This document shows positions 41,369 to 55,579 of a DNA stretch of 64,000 nt, piece after piece (positions within the stretch are counted from its first letter, which is position 1; each line of letters opens with the position of its first letter). The DNA comes from an uncultured Acidobacteriota bacterium. GTDB taxonomy: Bacteria; Acidobacteriota; Thermoanaerobaculia; UBA5066; DATFVB01. A model generated the notes under the pieces. The model searched no databases and was not told the DNA's origin. It worked only from the letters and a program-made list of their open reading frames with translations. The stretch is from NCBI GenBank assembly GCA_963813155.1, contig CAWEYG010000005.1, forward strand, positions 32,001 to 96,000, in the 5' to 3' direction. The position numbers and the translations under genes were made by a program.

Positions 41369-43030
41369 ATGGAGAAGCGTCTTTTGATCGCGGCCGCCCT
41401 CTCGGTGGCCGTCCTCGTGCTGTGGGAAGTGATCGCGCCGAAGCCCCCGGCGCCCGAACCGGCTCGTCCCTCCCCCGTCACCGAGTCGACACCGGCAGCC
41501 ACCGCCACCCCGGCCCCGCCGGCGAACGCGTCGGCGAGCCCCGTTCCCGCACCCTCTCCCGCGGCGGCCGTTCCCGAAGTCTCCGCCCCGGCGGAGGAAC
41601 GCGTCGTCGTCGACCGGCCCCTCTATCGAGCCGTTTTCAGCAACCGGGGCGCGGTGCTCGTTTCGTACATCCTGAAGAAATACGACGACGACCAGGGACA
41701 GCCGCTCGAGATGGTCCATTTCGACCCGTCCTCGAGGCCTTCGGACCTGAGCCTCGACTTCGGGGCCGATGCCGACGCGACGCGGGCGGCGAATGCCTCG
41801 CTCTACGAGGTGACGCGCACCCAGGACGGCGGCGAGCGAATCCGTTTCCGGTTCTCCGGCTCCGGCCGCGCGATCGACAAGACGTTCGTGTTCGGCGACG
41901 GCTACCTGATCTCGACCGAAATCGCCTGCGCCGGGACGCCGCCCGAATTCGCCGTGAATCTCGGCCCCGGGCTGCGGAACCTTTCGGCCAAGGAGAAAGA
42001 GAACCGCTTCACCGGTTCCTCCGGAGCCGTCTATTTCGACGGCGAACGCGCCCGTTCCGTTCCGCACCAGAAAGTCGACGCCGTTCAGCAGGGGGCCCTT
42101 CCCGCGGGCGGGTTCGTCGGGCTCGAAGACAACTATTTTCTCGCGGCCCTGGTTCCGGAGGGCGCGGCCGCGTGGAAGCTCGAGCCGGTGAAGGACCCGA
42201 AAAACGGGGTCGAAGTGCGAGCGAGCGCCGTCGCCGCGCGAAGCCTGAAGGCGAAGCTCTTCATCGGGCCGAAGGATCTCGACGTCCTCTCCGCTCTGAA
42301 CCTCCATCTCGAGGAGACGGTGAGTTTCCGGACGATGGGGATCAACCTCGGATGGATCGCGAAAGCGCTCATCTGGCTTCTCAAGGCAGCGCACCGATAC
42401 GTGATCCCGAACTGGGGAGTCGCGATCCTGATCGTGACGTTTCTCGTGCGGCTGCTGCTCTTTCCGCTCATGCACAAGTCGTTTGTCGGCATGAAGAAAA
42501 TGCAGAAGCTCCAGCCGAAGATCAACGCGATCAAGGACCGGTACAAGAAGGCGAAGATCGACGCCGAGCAGCGCAACAAGATGAACCAGGAGATGATGGC
42601 GCTCTACCAGTCCGAGGGCTACAACCCGATGAGCGGCTGCCTGCCGATGCTGCTGCAGATGCCCGTTTTCTTCGCCTTCTACGTGATTCTCGAGAAGGCG
42701 ATCGAGCTTCGGCACGCGCCGTTTTTTTTCTGGATCAAGGACCTGTCCGCGAAAGACCCGACCTACGTCCTGCTCATCCTGATGATCGCGAGCATGTTCT
42801 TCCAGCAGCTGATGACGCCCTCCACGGTGGATCCGGCGCAGAGGAAAATGTTCCTCATGATGCCGCTGTTCTGGGGATTCTTCCTGAAGGACATGCCCGC
42901 CGGGCTCGTTCTCTACTGGCTCTTCTCCAACCTGCTCGGCATCGCCCAGCAGCTTTTGATCAATCGGATGTACGACGAGCCGGCGCCCGCCCCGGCTCGG
43001 AAGTCGAAGAACGCGAAGGCGCGAGGATAG
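41369..43030 (+). CDS. yidC: Membrane protein insertase YidC
   Basis: NWGVAILIVT, GCLPMLLQMPVF, IELRHAPF..WIKDLS, PAGLVLYW. Confidence 0.96.
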   Translation: MEKRLLIAAALSVAVLVLWEVIAPKPPAPEPARPSPVTESTPAATATPAPPANASASPVPAPSPAAAVPEVSAPAEERVVVDRPLYRAVFSNRGAVLVSYILKKYDDDQGQPLEMVHFDPSSRPSDLSLDFGADADATRAANASLYEVTRTQDGGERIRFRFSGSGRAIDKTFVFGDGYLISTEIACAGTPPEFAVNLGPGLRNLSAKEKENRFTGSSGAVYFDGERARSVPHQKVDAVQQGALPAGGFVGLEDNYFLAALVPEGAAAWKLEPVKDPKNGVEVRASAVAARSLKAKLFIGPKDLDVLSALNLHLEETVSFRTMGINLGWIAKALIWLLKAAHRYVIPNWGVAILIVTFLVRLLLFPLMHKSFVGMKKMQKLQPKINAIKDRYKKAKIDAEQRNKMNQEMMALYQSEGYNPMSGCLPMLLQMPVFFAFYVILEKAIELRHAPFFFWIKDLSAKDPTYVLLILMIASMFFQQLMTPSTVDPAQRKMFLMMPLFWGFFLKDMPAGLVLYWLFSNLLGIAQQLLINRMYDEPAPAPARKSKNAKARG

Positions 43031-43046
43031 GATTCAAGAGGTCAAG

Positions 43047-43697
43047 ATGCGATACGAGGGAAAGACACTCGAGGAAGCGCTGGAGCAGGCGGCCGCGGCG
43101 GTCGGCCGGCCGGCCGACGATCTTCAATACCGGATCGTCGACGACAAGAAATCGTTCTGGGGCAGCCGCAAGGTCGTCGTCGAGCTGATCACCGACGGAA
43201 CGCTCAAGCTCGCCTCCCCCGCTCCGGCGCCGGGACGCGACGAGGAGCCCGCCGACGAGGAGACGATCTCGGAAGTGACGCGCATCCTGCGCGAGATCCT
43301 CGTGGCGGCGGAGCTGCGCGCGGAAGTCGTTCACCGGGGCGAGCTCTCCTTCGAGCTCACGGGCGAAGACCTTCCCCACCTCCTGGCCCGGCACGGCGAG
43401 GGGCTCGAAGGCCTCCAGACGCTCGTGGGACGCATCGCCGGCAAGAAGCTCGGCAAGGCGGTCTTTCCCCACGTCGATGCCGAGGGTTTCCGCGAGAAAC
43501 GGCAGGAAATGATCGAAGAATCGGCGCGCAAACAGGCCGAGCGCGTGAAGCTGTCGGGCCGCAAGGTGCTGCTGGATCCGATGTCCCCGTCCGACCGGCG
43601 CCTCGTTCACCTGAGCCTCTCCAACGACGCCCAGGTGGAGACGCGCAGCGAGGGAGAGGGGTTCTTCAAGCGGGTCGCCATTTTTCCGCGCCAATAA
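43047..43697 (+). CDS. jag: Jag/KhpB (EloR) RNA-binding protein
   Basis: GKTLEEAL N-terminus, KH region, R3H MSPSDRRLVH, TRSEGEG. Confidence 0.9.
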   Translation: MRYEGKTLEEALEQAAAAVGRPADDLQYRIVDDKKSFWGSRKVVVELITDGTLKLASPAPAPGRDEEPADEETISEVTRILREILVAAELRAEVVHRGELSFELTGEDLPHLLARHGEGLEGLQTLVGRIAGKKLGKAVFPHVDAEGFREKRQEMIEESARKQAERVKLSGRKVLLDPMSPSDRRLVHLSLSNDAQVETRSEGEGFFKRVAIFPRQ

Positions 43698-43760
43698 GCG
43701 GGCGCCGCTTTCAAGGGTCGCCGGGCTCGGGTCTCGCCGCGCTTCGCGGATAATTCCCTC

Positions 43761-45116
43761 ATGAGGCCCTCTCGAGCCGCCGACCTGGACACGATTGTCG
43801 CCGCGGCGACTCCGGCGGGGCGCAGCGCCCTCGCCCTCGTGAGAATTTCCGGCGGCCGGGCGCTCGCGGTCCTTCGTTCCCTCGCGCCGGGGCTCGCCAG
43901 GACTCCGCGCGCGCGCGTCGCGAGGCTCGTCGAGCTTCGCGATCCTCTCGGAAATCCGTTCGACCGGGCTCTCGCGACGTACTACCCCGCACCGAACTCG
44001 TATACCGGCGAGGACGTCGTCGAGATCGCGATCCACGGAAACCCGATTCTCGTGCGGAAGCTTCTCGCCGCCTCGGCGGCCGCCGGCGCCCGGGAGGCGG
44101 AAGCCGGCGAATTTTCGCGGCGCGCGTTTCTCCACGCGAAGCTCGACCTGACGGAAGCGGAATCGGTGCAGGGAGCTGATCGACGCGAAGACCGAAGCCG
44201 CGGCTCTCGGAGCTCTTCGCCGGCTGTCGGGATCGCTCTCGGGGCGTCTGGGACGCGTGCGAGAGTCCCTCCTTCTCGCGGTGACGCTCTGGACCGCGTG
44301 CGATCGATTTTCCGGAACAGGCGGGCGAGGAAGATCCCGGCGCGATCGGCGGGCATTCTCGGGGACGCGCATCGCGAGCTGTCGGACCTCCTCCGCTGCG
44401 CGGCCGCGGGCGCGCGCGTGTCTTCCGGCGTGCGGGTCGCGATCGTCGGGCCGCCGAACGCCGGAAAGTCGACGATCTTCAACGCGATGCTCGGTCGCGA
44501 CCGGGCGATCGTGACGCCGCACCCGGGAACGACGCGCGACACGCTCGAAGGAGAGATCGAGCTGGAAGGCCTTTCGATCGTCCTGATCGATACGGCGGGG
44601 CTTCGGGAGTCCGCGGAGCCGGTCGAGTCGGAGGGAATCGTCCGGGCGCGCGACGAGGTCGAGCGAGCAGACGTCGTGCTCTACGTCCGCGAGGCGGGGG
44701 AGCGGTGGACGGCGGACGATCGCGATTTCTGGAGCGGCCTTTCGGGGAGGCCCCGGCTGCTGGTCTCCAACAAGATCGACATTCGCCTTCCCGAGCCTTC
44801 GGAGCCCGGCGTTCGCGTGTGCGCGCTGTCGCCGGACGCTCCCGCGGTCCTTCGCGCGGCCGTCGCCGGGATCCTGCGCGAGGACTTCCACGCCGAGGCT
44901 TCGACGCAGGTCGTTTCCGGGCGCCAGCGGGATCTTCTCGATCGCGCCGAAAAGGAGGTTGTCCGGGCGCTCCGGTCCCTCGAGGGGCGCGCCCCGGCCG
45001 AAATCTCGGTTTCCCACGCCGAGGAAGCCCTTGGAATCCTGAGTGATCTCGTGGGGGAGACGACGACCGAGGACGCCCTCGACCGGCTCTTCTCCCGTTT
45101 CTGCATCGGCAAATGA
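43761..45116 (+). CDS. mnmE: tRNA modification GTPase MnmE (compensating indels at about 44170-44360)
   Basis: [45 protein letters not shown]. Confidence 0.93.
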   Translation: MRPSRAADLDTIVAAATPAGRSALALVRISGGRALAVLRSLAPGLARTPRARVARLVELRDPLGNPFDRALATYYPAPNSYTGEDVVEIAIHGNPILVRKLLAASAAAGAREAEAGEFSRRAFLHAKLDLTEAESVQGADRREDRSRGSRSSSPAVGIALGASGTRARVPPSRGDALDRVRSIFRNRRARKIPARSAGILGDAHRELSDLLRCAAAGARVSSGVRVAIVGPPNAGKSTIFNAMLGRDRAIVTPHPGTTRDTLEGEIELEGLSIVLIDTAGLRESAEPVESEGIVRARDEVERADVVLYVREAGERWTADDRDFWSGLSGRPRLLVSNKIDIRLPEPSEPGVRVCALSPDAPAVLRAAVAGILREDFHAEASTQVVSGRQRDLLDRAEKEVVRALRSLEGRAPAEISVSHAEEALGILSDLVGETTTEDALDRLFSRFCIGK

Positions 45117-47026
45117 AGACCGATTTCGACGTCGTCGTCGTTGGCGCCGGGCACGCGGGTTGCGAAGCGGCCCATGCGTGCGCTCGAAAGGGGCTCTCGA
45201 CCCTGCTGTTGACCTTCTCGAGGCGGACGATCGCGAAGATGTCGTGCAACCCGGCGATCGGGGGAGTCGGGAAGGGGAATCTGGCGCGCGAGGTCGACGC
45301 GCTCGGCGGCCTGATGGGGACCGTCACCGACGCGGCCTGCATCCAGTTCAAGATGCTCAACCGCTCGCGCGGGCCGGCCGTGTGGGGCCCCCGTGCCCAG
45401 TGTGACAAAGAACTTTATAGCACAAAGATGACGGCGCTCCTCGACGCCACCCCGCAACTCGCCATCCGCGAAGGGAGCGCTGTCGGATTCCTGGAGTCCG
45501 CGGGCCGGATCGGCGGCGTTCGGCTCGAGAGCGGCGAGACGATCCGGTCCCGGGCGGTCGTCGTCACGACGGGCACGTTTCTCGCGGCCCGGATGCACGT
45601 CGGCGCAGACCAGAGCGAGGGCGGACGCGTCGGCGAGCGCAGCGCGACCGGGCTCTCGGACGCGCTTCGGGCGCTCGGGCTCGAAATCGGAAGGTTTAAG
45701 ACGGGGACTCCTCCGCGCGTCCGGCGCGACTCGGTGGAGACTTCGAGGTGCGAGCCGGCCCCCGGCGAGGATCCCCCGGTGCCGTTCTCGTTCCGGACGG
45801 CGAGGATCGACAATCCCCAGGTCCTCTGCTGGCTCACGGCGACAAACGAGCGGGTCCACGGAATCATCCGCGAGAATCTGGACCGGTCGCCGCTGTACGC
45901 CGGAAGAATCCGGGGGCTCGGTCCGCGCTACTGTCCGTCCATCGAGGACAAAGTCGTGAAGTTCGCCGAGAAGGATTTCCACCAGATTTTTCTCGAACCC
46001 GAGGGGCTCGCTTCCGAGGAGATGTACATCAACGGTCTTTCGACATCGCTTCCCGAGGACGTCCAGCGCGCGATCCTGAAGGAAATCCCGGGCCTCGAAA
46101 ACGCGGTGATGATTCGGCCCGGTTACGCCGTCGAATACGATTTCTGTCCTCCGCTTCAGTTGAGGACGACGCTCGAATGCCGCGACGTCCCCGGCCTGTA
46201 CCTCGCGGGTCAGATCAACGGTACATCCGGATACGAAGAGGCGGCCGCCCAGGGATTCTGGGCCGGAGCCAACGCGGCGCTCGCGCTGTCGGGGGAGGAT
46301 CCTTTCCTTCCGCGCCGGGACGAAGCGTACTGCGCCGTCCTCGTCGACGACCTCGTGTCGCAGGGCGTCGAGGAGCCGTACCGGATGTTCACTTCGCGCG
46401 CCGAATATCGCCTCCTGCTCGGAGTCGACACGGTGCTTCCGCGACTGCTCGGACATGGAAAGAGGCTCGGGCTGATCTCCGACGTCGAGTACTCGGAGGG
46501 CCTGCGCGGGGAAGAGAAGATTCGGACGTCCGGCAACCGCCTGCGCGAGAAGCGGCTCGTTCCCGACCGTTCGACGCTCGACGAGCTGTTGGAGCGAGGC
46601 GCGCCGCCGATCTCTGCGCCCGTGTCGCTGTTCAAGTACCTCCAGAGGCAGGATGTCGATTGCGACATTCTCTCCCGCGTCGTCCCCGGGTTTCTCGACA
46701 CTCTGAGCAGGGACGAGAAGTCGGTCCTCGAGTCGCGGGTGAAATACGAGGGATACATCGTGAAGGAGAAAGACCGGGCGCAGGCCCTTTCCCTCCTGTA
46801 CGGGGAAAAGATCCCCGCCGATTTTCCCTACTCGGAGATCTCCGGACTCTCGCGGGAAGTCGTGGAGAAATGTTCGCTTCGGCGCCCGCAGACGCTCGCG
46901 GAGGCGGCGCGGATCCCCGGCGTCACGGCCGGGGCGATCGCTATACTCGCTTCCCATGTCTCCAAAGTCCAAAAGACGGCTCGACGAGAGGCGGGTTCGC
47001 GCGGCCCTCTCCCGAATCGCGCCTGA
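45113..47026 (+). CDS. mnmG: tRNA uridine-5-carboxymethylaminomethyl enzyme MnmG (GidA)
   Basis: [62 protein letters not shown]. Confidence 0.98.
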   Translation: MKTDFDVVVVGAGHAGCEAAHACARKGLSTLLLTFSRRTIAKMSCNPAIGGVGKGNLAREVDALGGLMGTVTDAACIQFKMLNRSRGPAVWGPRAQCDKELYSTKMTALLDATPQLAIREGSAVGFLESAGRIGGVRLESGETIRSRAVVVTTGTFLAARMHVGADQSEGGRVGERSATGLSDALRALGLEIGRFKTGTPPRVRRDSVETSRCEPAPGEDPPVPFSFRTARIDNPQVLCWLTATNERVHGIIRENLDRSPLYAGRIRGLGPRYCPSIEDKVVKFAEKDFHQIFLEPEGLASEEMYINGLSTSLPEDVQRAILKEIPGLENAVMIRPGYAVEYDFCPPLQLRTTLECRDVPGLYLAGQINGTSGYEEAAAQGFWAGANAALALSGEDPFLPRRDEAYCAVLVDDLVSQGVEEPYRMFTSRAEYRLLLGVDTVLPRLLGHGKRLGLISDVEYSEGLRGEEKIRTSGNRLREKRLVPDRSTLDELLERGAPPISAPVSLFKYLQRQDVDCDILSRVVPGFLDTLSRDEKSVLESRVKYEGYIVKEKDRAQALSLLYGEKIPADFPYSEISGLSREVVEKCSLRRPQTLAEAARIPGVTAGAIAILASHVSKVQKTARREAGSRGPLPNRA

Positions 47027-47606
47027 GCTCGGCCTCGTCCTCGACGAGCCCCGGATCGCGCTTCTCCTGGCGTTCCTGACGGAGCTGTCCGTCTGGGGGG
47101 AGGCGACGAATCTGACCGGGAAGCTCTCCGACGAAGACCTGGCCTTCCACTGTCTCGAATCCGCCTGCGGCGCGGACCTGCTGGAGCCGGGGGAGACCGT
47201 CCTCGACATCGGGTCCGGAGCCGGTTTTCCGGGGATTCCTCTCGCCATCTGGCGGGTCCGAATTACCCTGCTCGAACCCCGCGAGCGACGCGCCGCTTTC
47301 CTTCGGCACGTGCTGCGCGCCCTGGGTGCGGGCTTGAACGCCGAGGTTCGAGCCGATAGAGTGGAGAGACTCCCGGATCCCGCATTCGACTCGGCGACGG
47401 TACGCGCGGTCGGCGGTTTCGGAGCCACGGTGGGGGAGGCGAAATTCTTGAAGCCGAACGGGAAACTGCTGATCTGGACAAGCGATGCCGCACGGTACGA
47501 GCGGGATCTCGCTCCCGGGTTCCGCCTCGAAAAATCGCGCCCGATTCCGACCTCCCGAACCCGGGAAATCGCGGTCTTCCGGAAATGTTCCACGGGGAAC
47601 ATTTGA
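46956..47606 (+). CDS. rsmG: 16S rRNA m7G527 methyltransferase RsmG (GidB)
   Basis: [26 protein letters not shown]; position after mnmG. Confidence 0.9.
   Translation: MSPKSKRRLDERRVRAALSRIAPELGLVLDEPRIALLLAFLTELSVWGEATNLTGKLSDEDLAFHCLESACGADLLEPGETVLDIGSGAGFPGIPLAIWRVRITLLEPRERRAAFLRHVLRALGAGLNAEVRADRVERLPDPAFDSATVRAVGGFGATVGEAKFLKPNGKLLIWTSDAARYERDLAPGFRLEKSRPIPTSRTREIAVFRKCSTGNI
47586..47601. promoter_or_regulatory. parS: parS centromere-like site
   Basis: TGTTCCACGGGGAACA, one mismatch from palindrome TGTTCCACGTGGAACA, just upstream of parA. Confidence 0.85.
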
Positions 47607-47622
47607 GCCGCTGAGGGCGTTG

Positions 47623-48372
47623 ATGGGCCGAACCGTTGCGCTCGCGAACCAGAAGGGTGGCGTCGGGAAGACCACGACCGTGATCAATCTCGGCGCGGCC
47701 CTCGCGAGCCTCGACCGCCGCGTCCTGCTCGTTGACGTGGATCCGCAGTCGAACACGACGTCGGGCCTCGGATTTCCGAAGGACAACGACGGCGGGACGG
47801 TCTACGACGCGCTCCGGGGAGAGCCGGTCGCGATCAAGCCGACCGCGTTCCCGAACCTGTTTCTCCTCTCGTCGACCCGCGAGCTCGTCGGCGCCGAGAT
47901 CGAGCTCGTCGACGTGCCCGACCGCGAGCGCCGTCTCGCCGCGGCGCTCGACGCGGTCAAGGGAGACTTCGACTTCCTCCTCATCGACTGCCCGCCCTCT
48001 CTCGGGCTCCTGACGCTCAACAGCCTTTGCGCGGCGGACGCCGTGCTGATCCCGATCCAGTGCGAGTATTTCGCGCTCGAAGGGGTGACCGACCTCATGG
48101 AAACGATCGATCGCATTCGCGCGTCGTTCAACGGCCGGCTGGAGATCGAAGGCGTCCTGCTGACGATGTACGACGAGCGGACGAACCTGTCGAGGCAGAT
48201 CGTCGACGACATCCGCTCGCACTTCGGGCCGAAAGTCTACCGATCCGTGATTCCCCGCAGCGTCCGGCTCGCGGAGGCGCCCTCGTTCGGAAAGCCGATC
48301 CTCGCGTACGACATCAAATCGAAAGGCTCCGAGGCGTACCTTGCGCTCGCGGCCGAGGTGATCGGCTCATGA
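47623..48372 (+). CDS. parA: Chromosome partitioning ATPase ParA/Soj
   Basis: ANQKGGVGKTTT, DVDPQSN, IDCPPSLG, QCEYFALEG, IPRSVRLAEAPSFG. Confidence 0.97.
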   Translation: MGRTVALANQKGGVGKTTTVINLGAALASLDRRVLLVDVDPQSNTTSGLGFPKDNDGGTVYDALRGEPVAIKPTAFPNLFLLSSTRELVGAEIELVDVPDRERRLAAALDAVKGDFDFLLIDCPPSLGLLTLNSLCAADAVLIPIQCEYFALEGVTDLMETIDRIRASFNGRLEIEGVLLTMYDERTNLSRQIVDDIRSHFGPKVYRSVIPRSVRLAEAPSFGKPILAYDIKSKGSEAYLALAAEVIGS

Positions 48373-49229
48373 GCCCGAAGCGACAGCCCCTGGGCCGCGG
48401 CCTGTCGGCGCTCCTGCCGGGGAAGGAAGAAAAGCGCGACGAATCGGGCCGGCGGGAAGTGGAGATTGCGAAAATCCGGCCGGGCCGATTTCAGCCCCGC
48501 GTCCAGTTCGACGCCGGAGCACTGACCGGCCTCGCCCAGTCGATCCGCTTGAACGGCGTCGTCCAGCCGATCCTCGTCGCTCCCGCCGAAAACGGCGAAT
48601 TCACGATCATCGCGGGGGAGCGCCGTTTCCGGGCGGCGCGGGAGGCGGGCCTGACCCGCGTGCCGGTCATCGTGCGAACCCCCCGCAACGATGAAGAAAG
48701 GCTCGAGCTCGCGCTGATCGAGAACATCCAGCGCGAGGACTTGAATCCGATGGAAGAAGCCGCCGCCTACGGCCGTCTTCGCGAAGAATTTCACCTGACG
48801 CAGGAAGAGATCGCGGAAAAAGTCGGTAAAGATCGCTCGACGGTGGCTAACTCATTAAGAATCTTACGTTTACCTTCTACTGTTCGCGACCTCCTCCGAA
48901 ACGGAGCTCTCAGCGCGGGCCATGCGAAGGCGATCGCCTCCCTGTCGTCGGCCGACGACCAGACTCGCCTGGCCGAGGAGATCGTCCGACGGGCGCTCTC
49001 CGTGCGGGCGGCGGAAGCCCGCGCCGCCGCGATGGCCGCTCCTTCCCCGGGCGTTCGGAAGGAAAAGAGGCGCGATCCCTTCAGCCGCGACGCGGAAGAG
49101 AAGCTCGCGCGCCGGCTTCATGCGAAAGTGCAGCTGCGCCGCAAGCGGCGCGGGGGCTCGATCTCGATTGATTTCGGATCGGAGGAAGAATTGATCCGCC
49201 TGTTCGAAATCCTGATGGGGAAACACTGA
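48369..49229 (+). CDS. parB: Chromosome partitioning protein ParB/Spo0J
   Basis: LGRGLSALL, QPR, IIAGERRFRAA, ALIENIQREDLNP, HTH VGKDRSTVANSLR. Confidence 0.97.
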   Translation: MSPKRQPLGRGLSALLPGKEEKRDESGRREVEIAKIRPGRFQPRVQFDAGALTGLAQSIRLNGVVQPILVAPAENGEFTIIAGERRFRAAREAGLTRVPVIVRTPRNDEERLELALIENIQREDLNPMEEAAAYGRLREEFHLTQEEIAEKVGKDRSTVANSLRILRLPSTVRDLLRNGALSAGHAKAIASLSSADDQTRLAEEIVRRALSVRAAEARAAAMAAPSPGVRKEKRRDPFSRDAEEKLARRLHAKVQLRRKRRGGSISIDFGSEEELIRLFEILMGKH

Positions 49230-49573
49230 TGTCATCGAAAAAACCGGGCGACGGAGTTCTGAACGGGTTTCTGGACCAGGGAAGCCGCTTCAAAGGAGAG
49301 CTTTCCTTCGACGACACGCTGAGGATCGACGGAAAGTTCGAGGGAACGATCCGGTCGGCGAATCAGCTGATCATCGGCGAGACTGCCGACGTCAACGCGG
49401 ACATCCAGGTGGGAAGCGTGTCGATCGACGGAACGGTCCGCGGCACGGTCGTCGCGAAATCGAAGATCGAGATCCACCCCCATGGAAAGGTGTTCGCGCA
49501 ACTCAACTCGCCGATTCTGAAAATCGAGGAAGGCGCGCTCTTCCAGGGCGCGTGCACGATGGAATCGAAGTGA
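49229..49573 (+). CDS. Bactofilin (polymer-forming cytoskeletal protein)
   Basis: GSRFKGEL, LRIDGKFEGTI, IDGTVRG, IEEGALFQGACTM. Confidence 0.92.
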   Translation: MSSKKPGDGVLNGFLDQGSRFKGELSFDDTLRIDGKFEGTIRSANQLIIGETADVNADIQVGSVSIDGTVRGTVVAKSKIEIHPHGKVFAQLNSPILKIEEGALFQGACTMESK

Positions 49574-49666
49574 GGCCGGGAACCCGGCGCCCGCGCCATT
49601 GCGCGGGCCTTCGGAGTCTGATATCAATGCTCGGTTTTTTCGAATCGCTCCGGAAGGAACTCTAGA

Positions 49667-50101
49667 ATGCTGCAGGCCCCCAACGTCTCGATGCTCCTGA
49701 TCCTGGCGATTTTCTTCGCCGTGCTGTGGCTTTTGAACCGTTTCGTTTTTCGGCCCGTCGGCGCGATCCTCGACGAACGGGAGAGGGAGACGACGACGGC
49801 CTCGCAGGCCTACGCCGGGGCCCTCGCGGAATTCCAGGCGGCGGCGGACAAGATCGAGGCCGACCTGTCGCTCGCCCGCCGCGAGGCCCTCAAGCTTCGG
49901 GAAGAGCGGCGCGCCGAAGGTATGCAGCTCCGGTCGAGCAAGATCGAGCAGGTCAAGGCGGAAGCCGCCGAGAAACTCTCGGGCGCGAGCGCGGAGTTGG
50001 AACTGCACTCTCGAACAGTCGCCGCCGATCTTCCCGCCCGGGTTGCGGCGCTTGCCCAGTTGCTGGCCGAGAAAATCCTCGGGCGAAAGGTGGCGGCGTG
50101 A
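49667..50101 (+). CDS. atpF: ATP synthase F0 subunit b'
   Basis: N-terminal TM, FRPVGAILDERE, coiled coil, EKILGRKV. Confidence 0.85.
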   Translation: MLQAPNVSMLLILAIFFAVLWLLNRFVFRPVGAILDERERETTTASQAYAGALAEFQAAADKIEADLSLARREALKLREERRAEGMQLRSSKIEQVKAEAAEKLSGASAELELHSRTVAADLPARVAALAQLLAEKILGRKVAA

Positions 50102-50673
50102 GACGCGCGCGACTCGCGCTCGCGGCCGGCTGGACGGTGCTGCTCGCGTTGCCCCTTCGGGCCGCGGAAGAGGCCGCCGCGCCGGAGAAATTTCTCGGTC
50201 TTCCCGTCGAGCTCTGGAAGACGGTGAATCTCCTGCTTTTTCTCGGGATGCTCGTCTATTTCCTCGGCAAGCCGTTCAACCGATATTTTCGGAAGCGGCG
50301 CGAGGACCTCGACGCGCTGCTGGACAAGGCGAAAACCGACCGGGAGCAGGCTTTGACGCTCGCGGCGGAGATGCGCACGCGGCTTTCGAAGCTCGAATCC
50401 GAGATCGCGGAGATCCGCGCCCGGGGAGCGGTAGACGGCGAGGCGGAGAAGGCCGCCCAGCTCGCGGCGGCGGAGAAAGAGGCAGAAAACCTGCTTCGAA
50501 ACACGGCGGAGGAAATCGACCGCCGGCTCGCCGCCGCGAAACAGGAGCTCGCGCGGGCGGCCTCGGACCTGGCGGCGTCGCGCGCGAAGGAGATTCTCGC
50601 CGGTTCGATCACGGACGAGGACCGGAAACGTCTTCTCGACGACAGCGTCCAGAAGATCTCGCGGATCCAATGA
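50098..50673 (+). CDS. atpF: ATP synthase F0 subunit b
   Basis: WKTVNLLLF..YFLGKP..KRR followed by coiled coil. Confidence 0.88.
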   Translation: MRRARLALAAGWTVLLALPLRAAEEAAAPEKFLGLPVELWKTVNLLLFLGMLVYFLGKPFNRYFRKRREDLDALLDKAKTDREQALTLAAEMRTRLSKLESEIAEIRARGAVDGEAEKAAQLAAAEKEAENLLRNTAEEIDRRLAAAKQELARAASDLAASRAKEILAGSITDEDRKRLLDDSVQKISRIQ

Positions 50674-51198
50674 GCGCGCGATTCGCCAGACCCTACGCGG
50701 CCGCGCTGCTCCAGACGGCGCCTCCGAACTATGATTTCGGGAGTTTCCTCGCGTCCGTTCGCGCGATCGCCGACGCTCTCGCGGCCAGCGGCAGCCTGAG
50801 GTCGATCCTTTCGAATCCTTCGGTTGCGTTCGCGGCCAAAGAGGGGATCGTCGAGGCTCTTTCCGAGAAGGCGGGCCTCGACACGACTGGCCGAAGGTTC
50901 CTCCAGGTCGTCCTGCGGAACCGGCGGTTCCTCGGCCTGTCGGAGATCGCGGGCGCGATCGGAGAGGCGCTCGACGCGCGGGAAGGCGTCGTCCCGGCGA
51001 GCATCACCGCCGCGGGAGTGCTTGCCGCCCCCGACGCCGACCGCGTTGCCGCGGCCCTGTCGGGCGCGGTCGGAAAGAAAGTTCGCGCGACCTTCGAAGT
51101 CGACGCGAACCTCCTCGCGGGCTTCGTGGCCCGCGTCGGATCCAGGATCTACGACGCCTCCGCCCTCGGAGCGCTCGAAAAATTTAAGGAAGAAACGC

Positions 51199-51209
<11 letters not shown>
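50670..51209 (+). CDS. atpH: ATP synthase F1 delta subunit
   Basis: [35 protein letters not shown]. Confidence 0.92.
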
Positions 51210-52731
<1,522 letters not shown>

Positions 52732-52741
52732 CCGGCAGACG

Positions 52742-55073
<2,332 letters not shown>

Positions 55074-55075
55074 AC

Positions 55076-55471
55076 GTGCCGCTTCAACTGCAACTCGTCA
55101 CGCCGGAACGCAAAGTCCTTGACGTCGCGTGCGATGAGGTGGAATTGCCGGGCGAAATGGGGCATTTCGGCGTCCTTGCGGGACACGCGCGCCTGATCGC
55201 GCTGCTCCAGATCGGAGAGGCGCGGTATCGGGTGGACAAAAAGGAAAGCTACGTCGCGATCGGCGGCGGCTTCGCCGAGGTCGCCGACGACAAGGTGACC
55301 GTTCTGTGCGATTTCGCGCAGCTTCCGGAAGAGATCGACGTCGCCGCCGCGCAGAGCGACAAGACGCAGGCCGAGGAAGAGATGAAGACGGTCGGCCCGG
55401 AAACGTTCGACGCGGTGCATGCGAAGCTGGAAACCGCTGACGCCAGGATTCAGGTCGCCAACCGGAAGTAG
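55076..55471 (+). CDS. atpC: ATP synthase F1 epsilon subunit
   Basis: LVTPER, GHFGVLAGH, GGFAEV; GTG start after GGAGG. Confidence 0.93.
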   Translation: MPLQLQLVTPERKVLDVACDEVELPGEMGHFGVLAGHARLIALLQIGEARYRVDKKESYVAIGGGFAEVADDKVTVLCDFAQLPEEIDVAAAQSDKTQAEEEMKTVGPETFDAVHAKLETADARIQVANRK

Positions 55472-55579
55472 GGCTCGCTGGGCAGGAATCCGCCCCGCGT
55501 CGAATAGCGTACTTCTCCCGTGGCGTGAAGGGGATCCGGATCGTTCCGGTACCGGAGATTCGGGCGGCGTAGACGGGAG

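Noticed and set aside
48843-48875. dif (XerCD) site inside parB
   Set aside because: TAA-to-TTA spacer is 5 bp rather than 6, the XerC arm is poor, and dif is expected near the terminus
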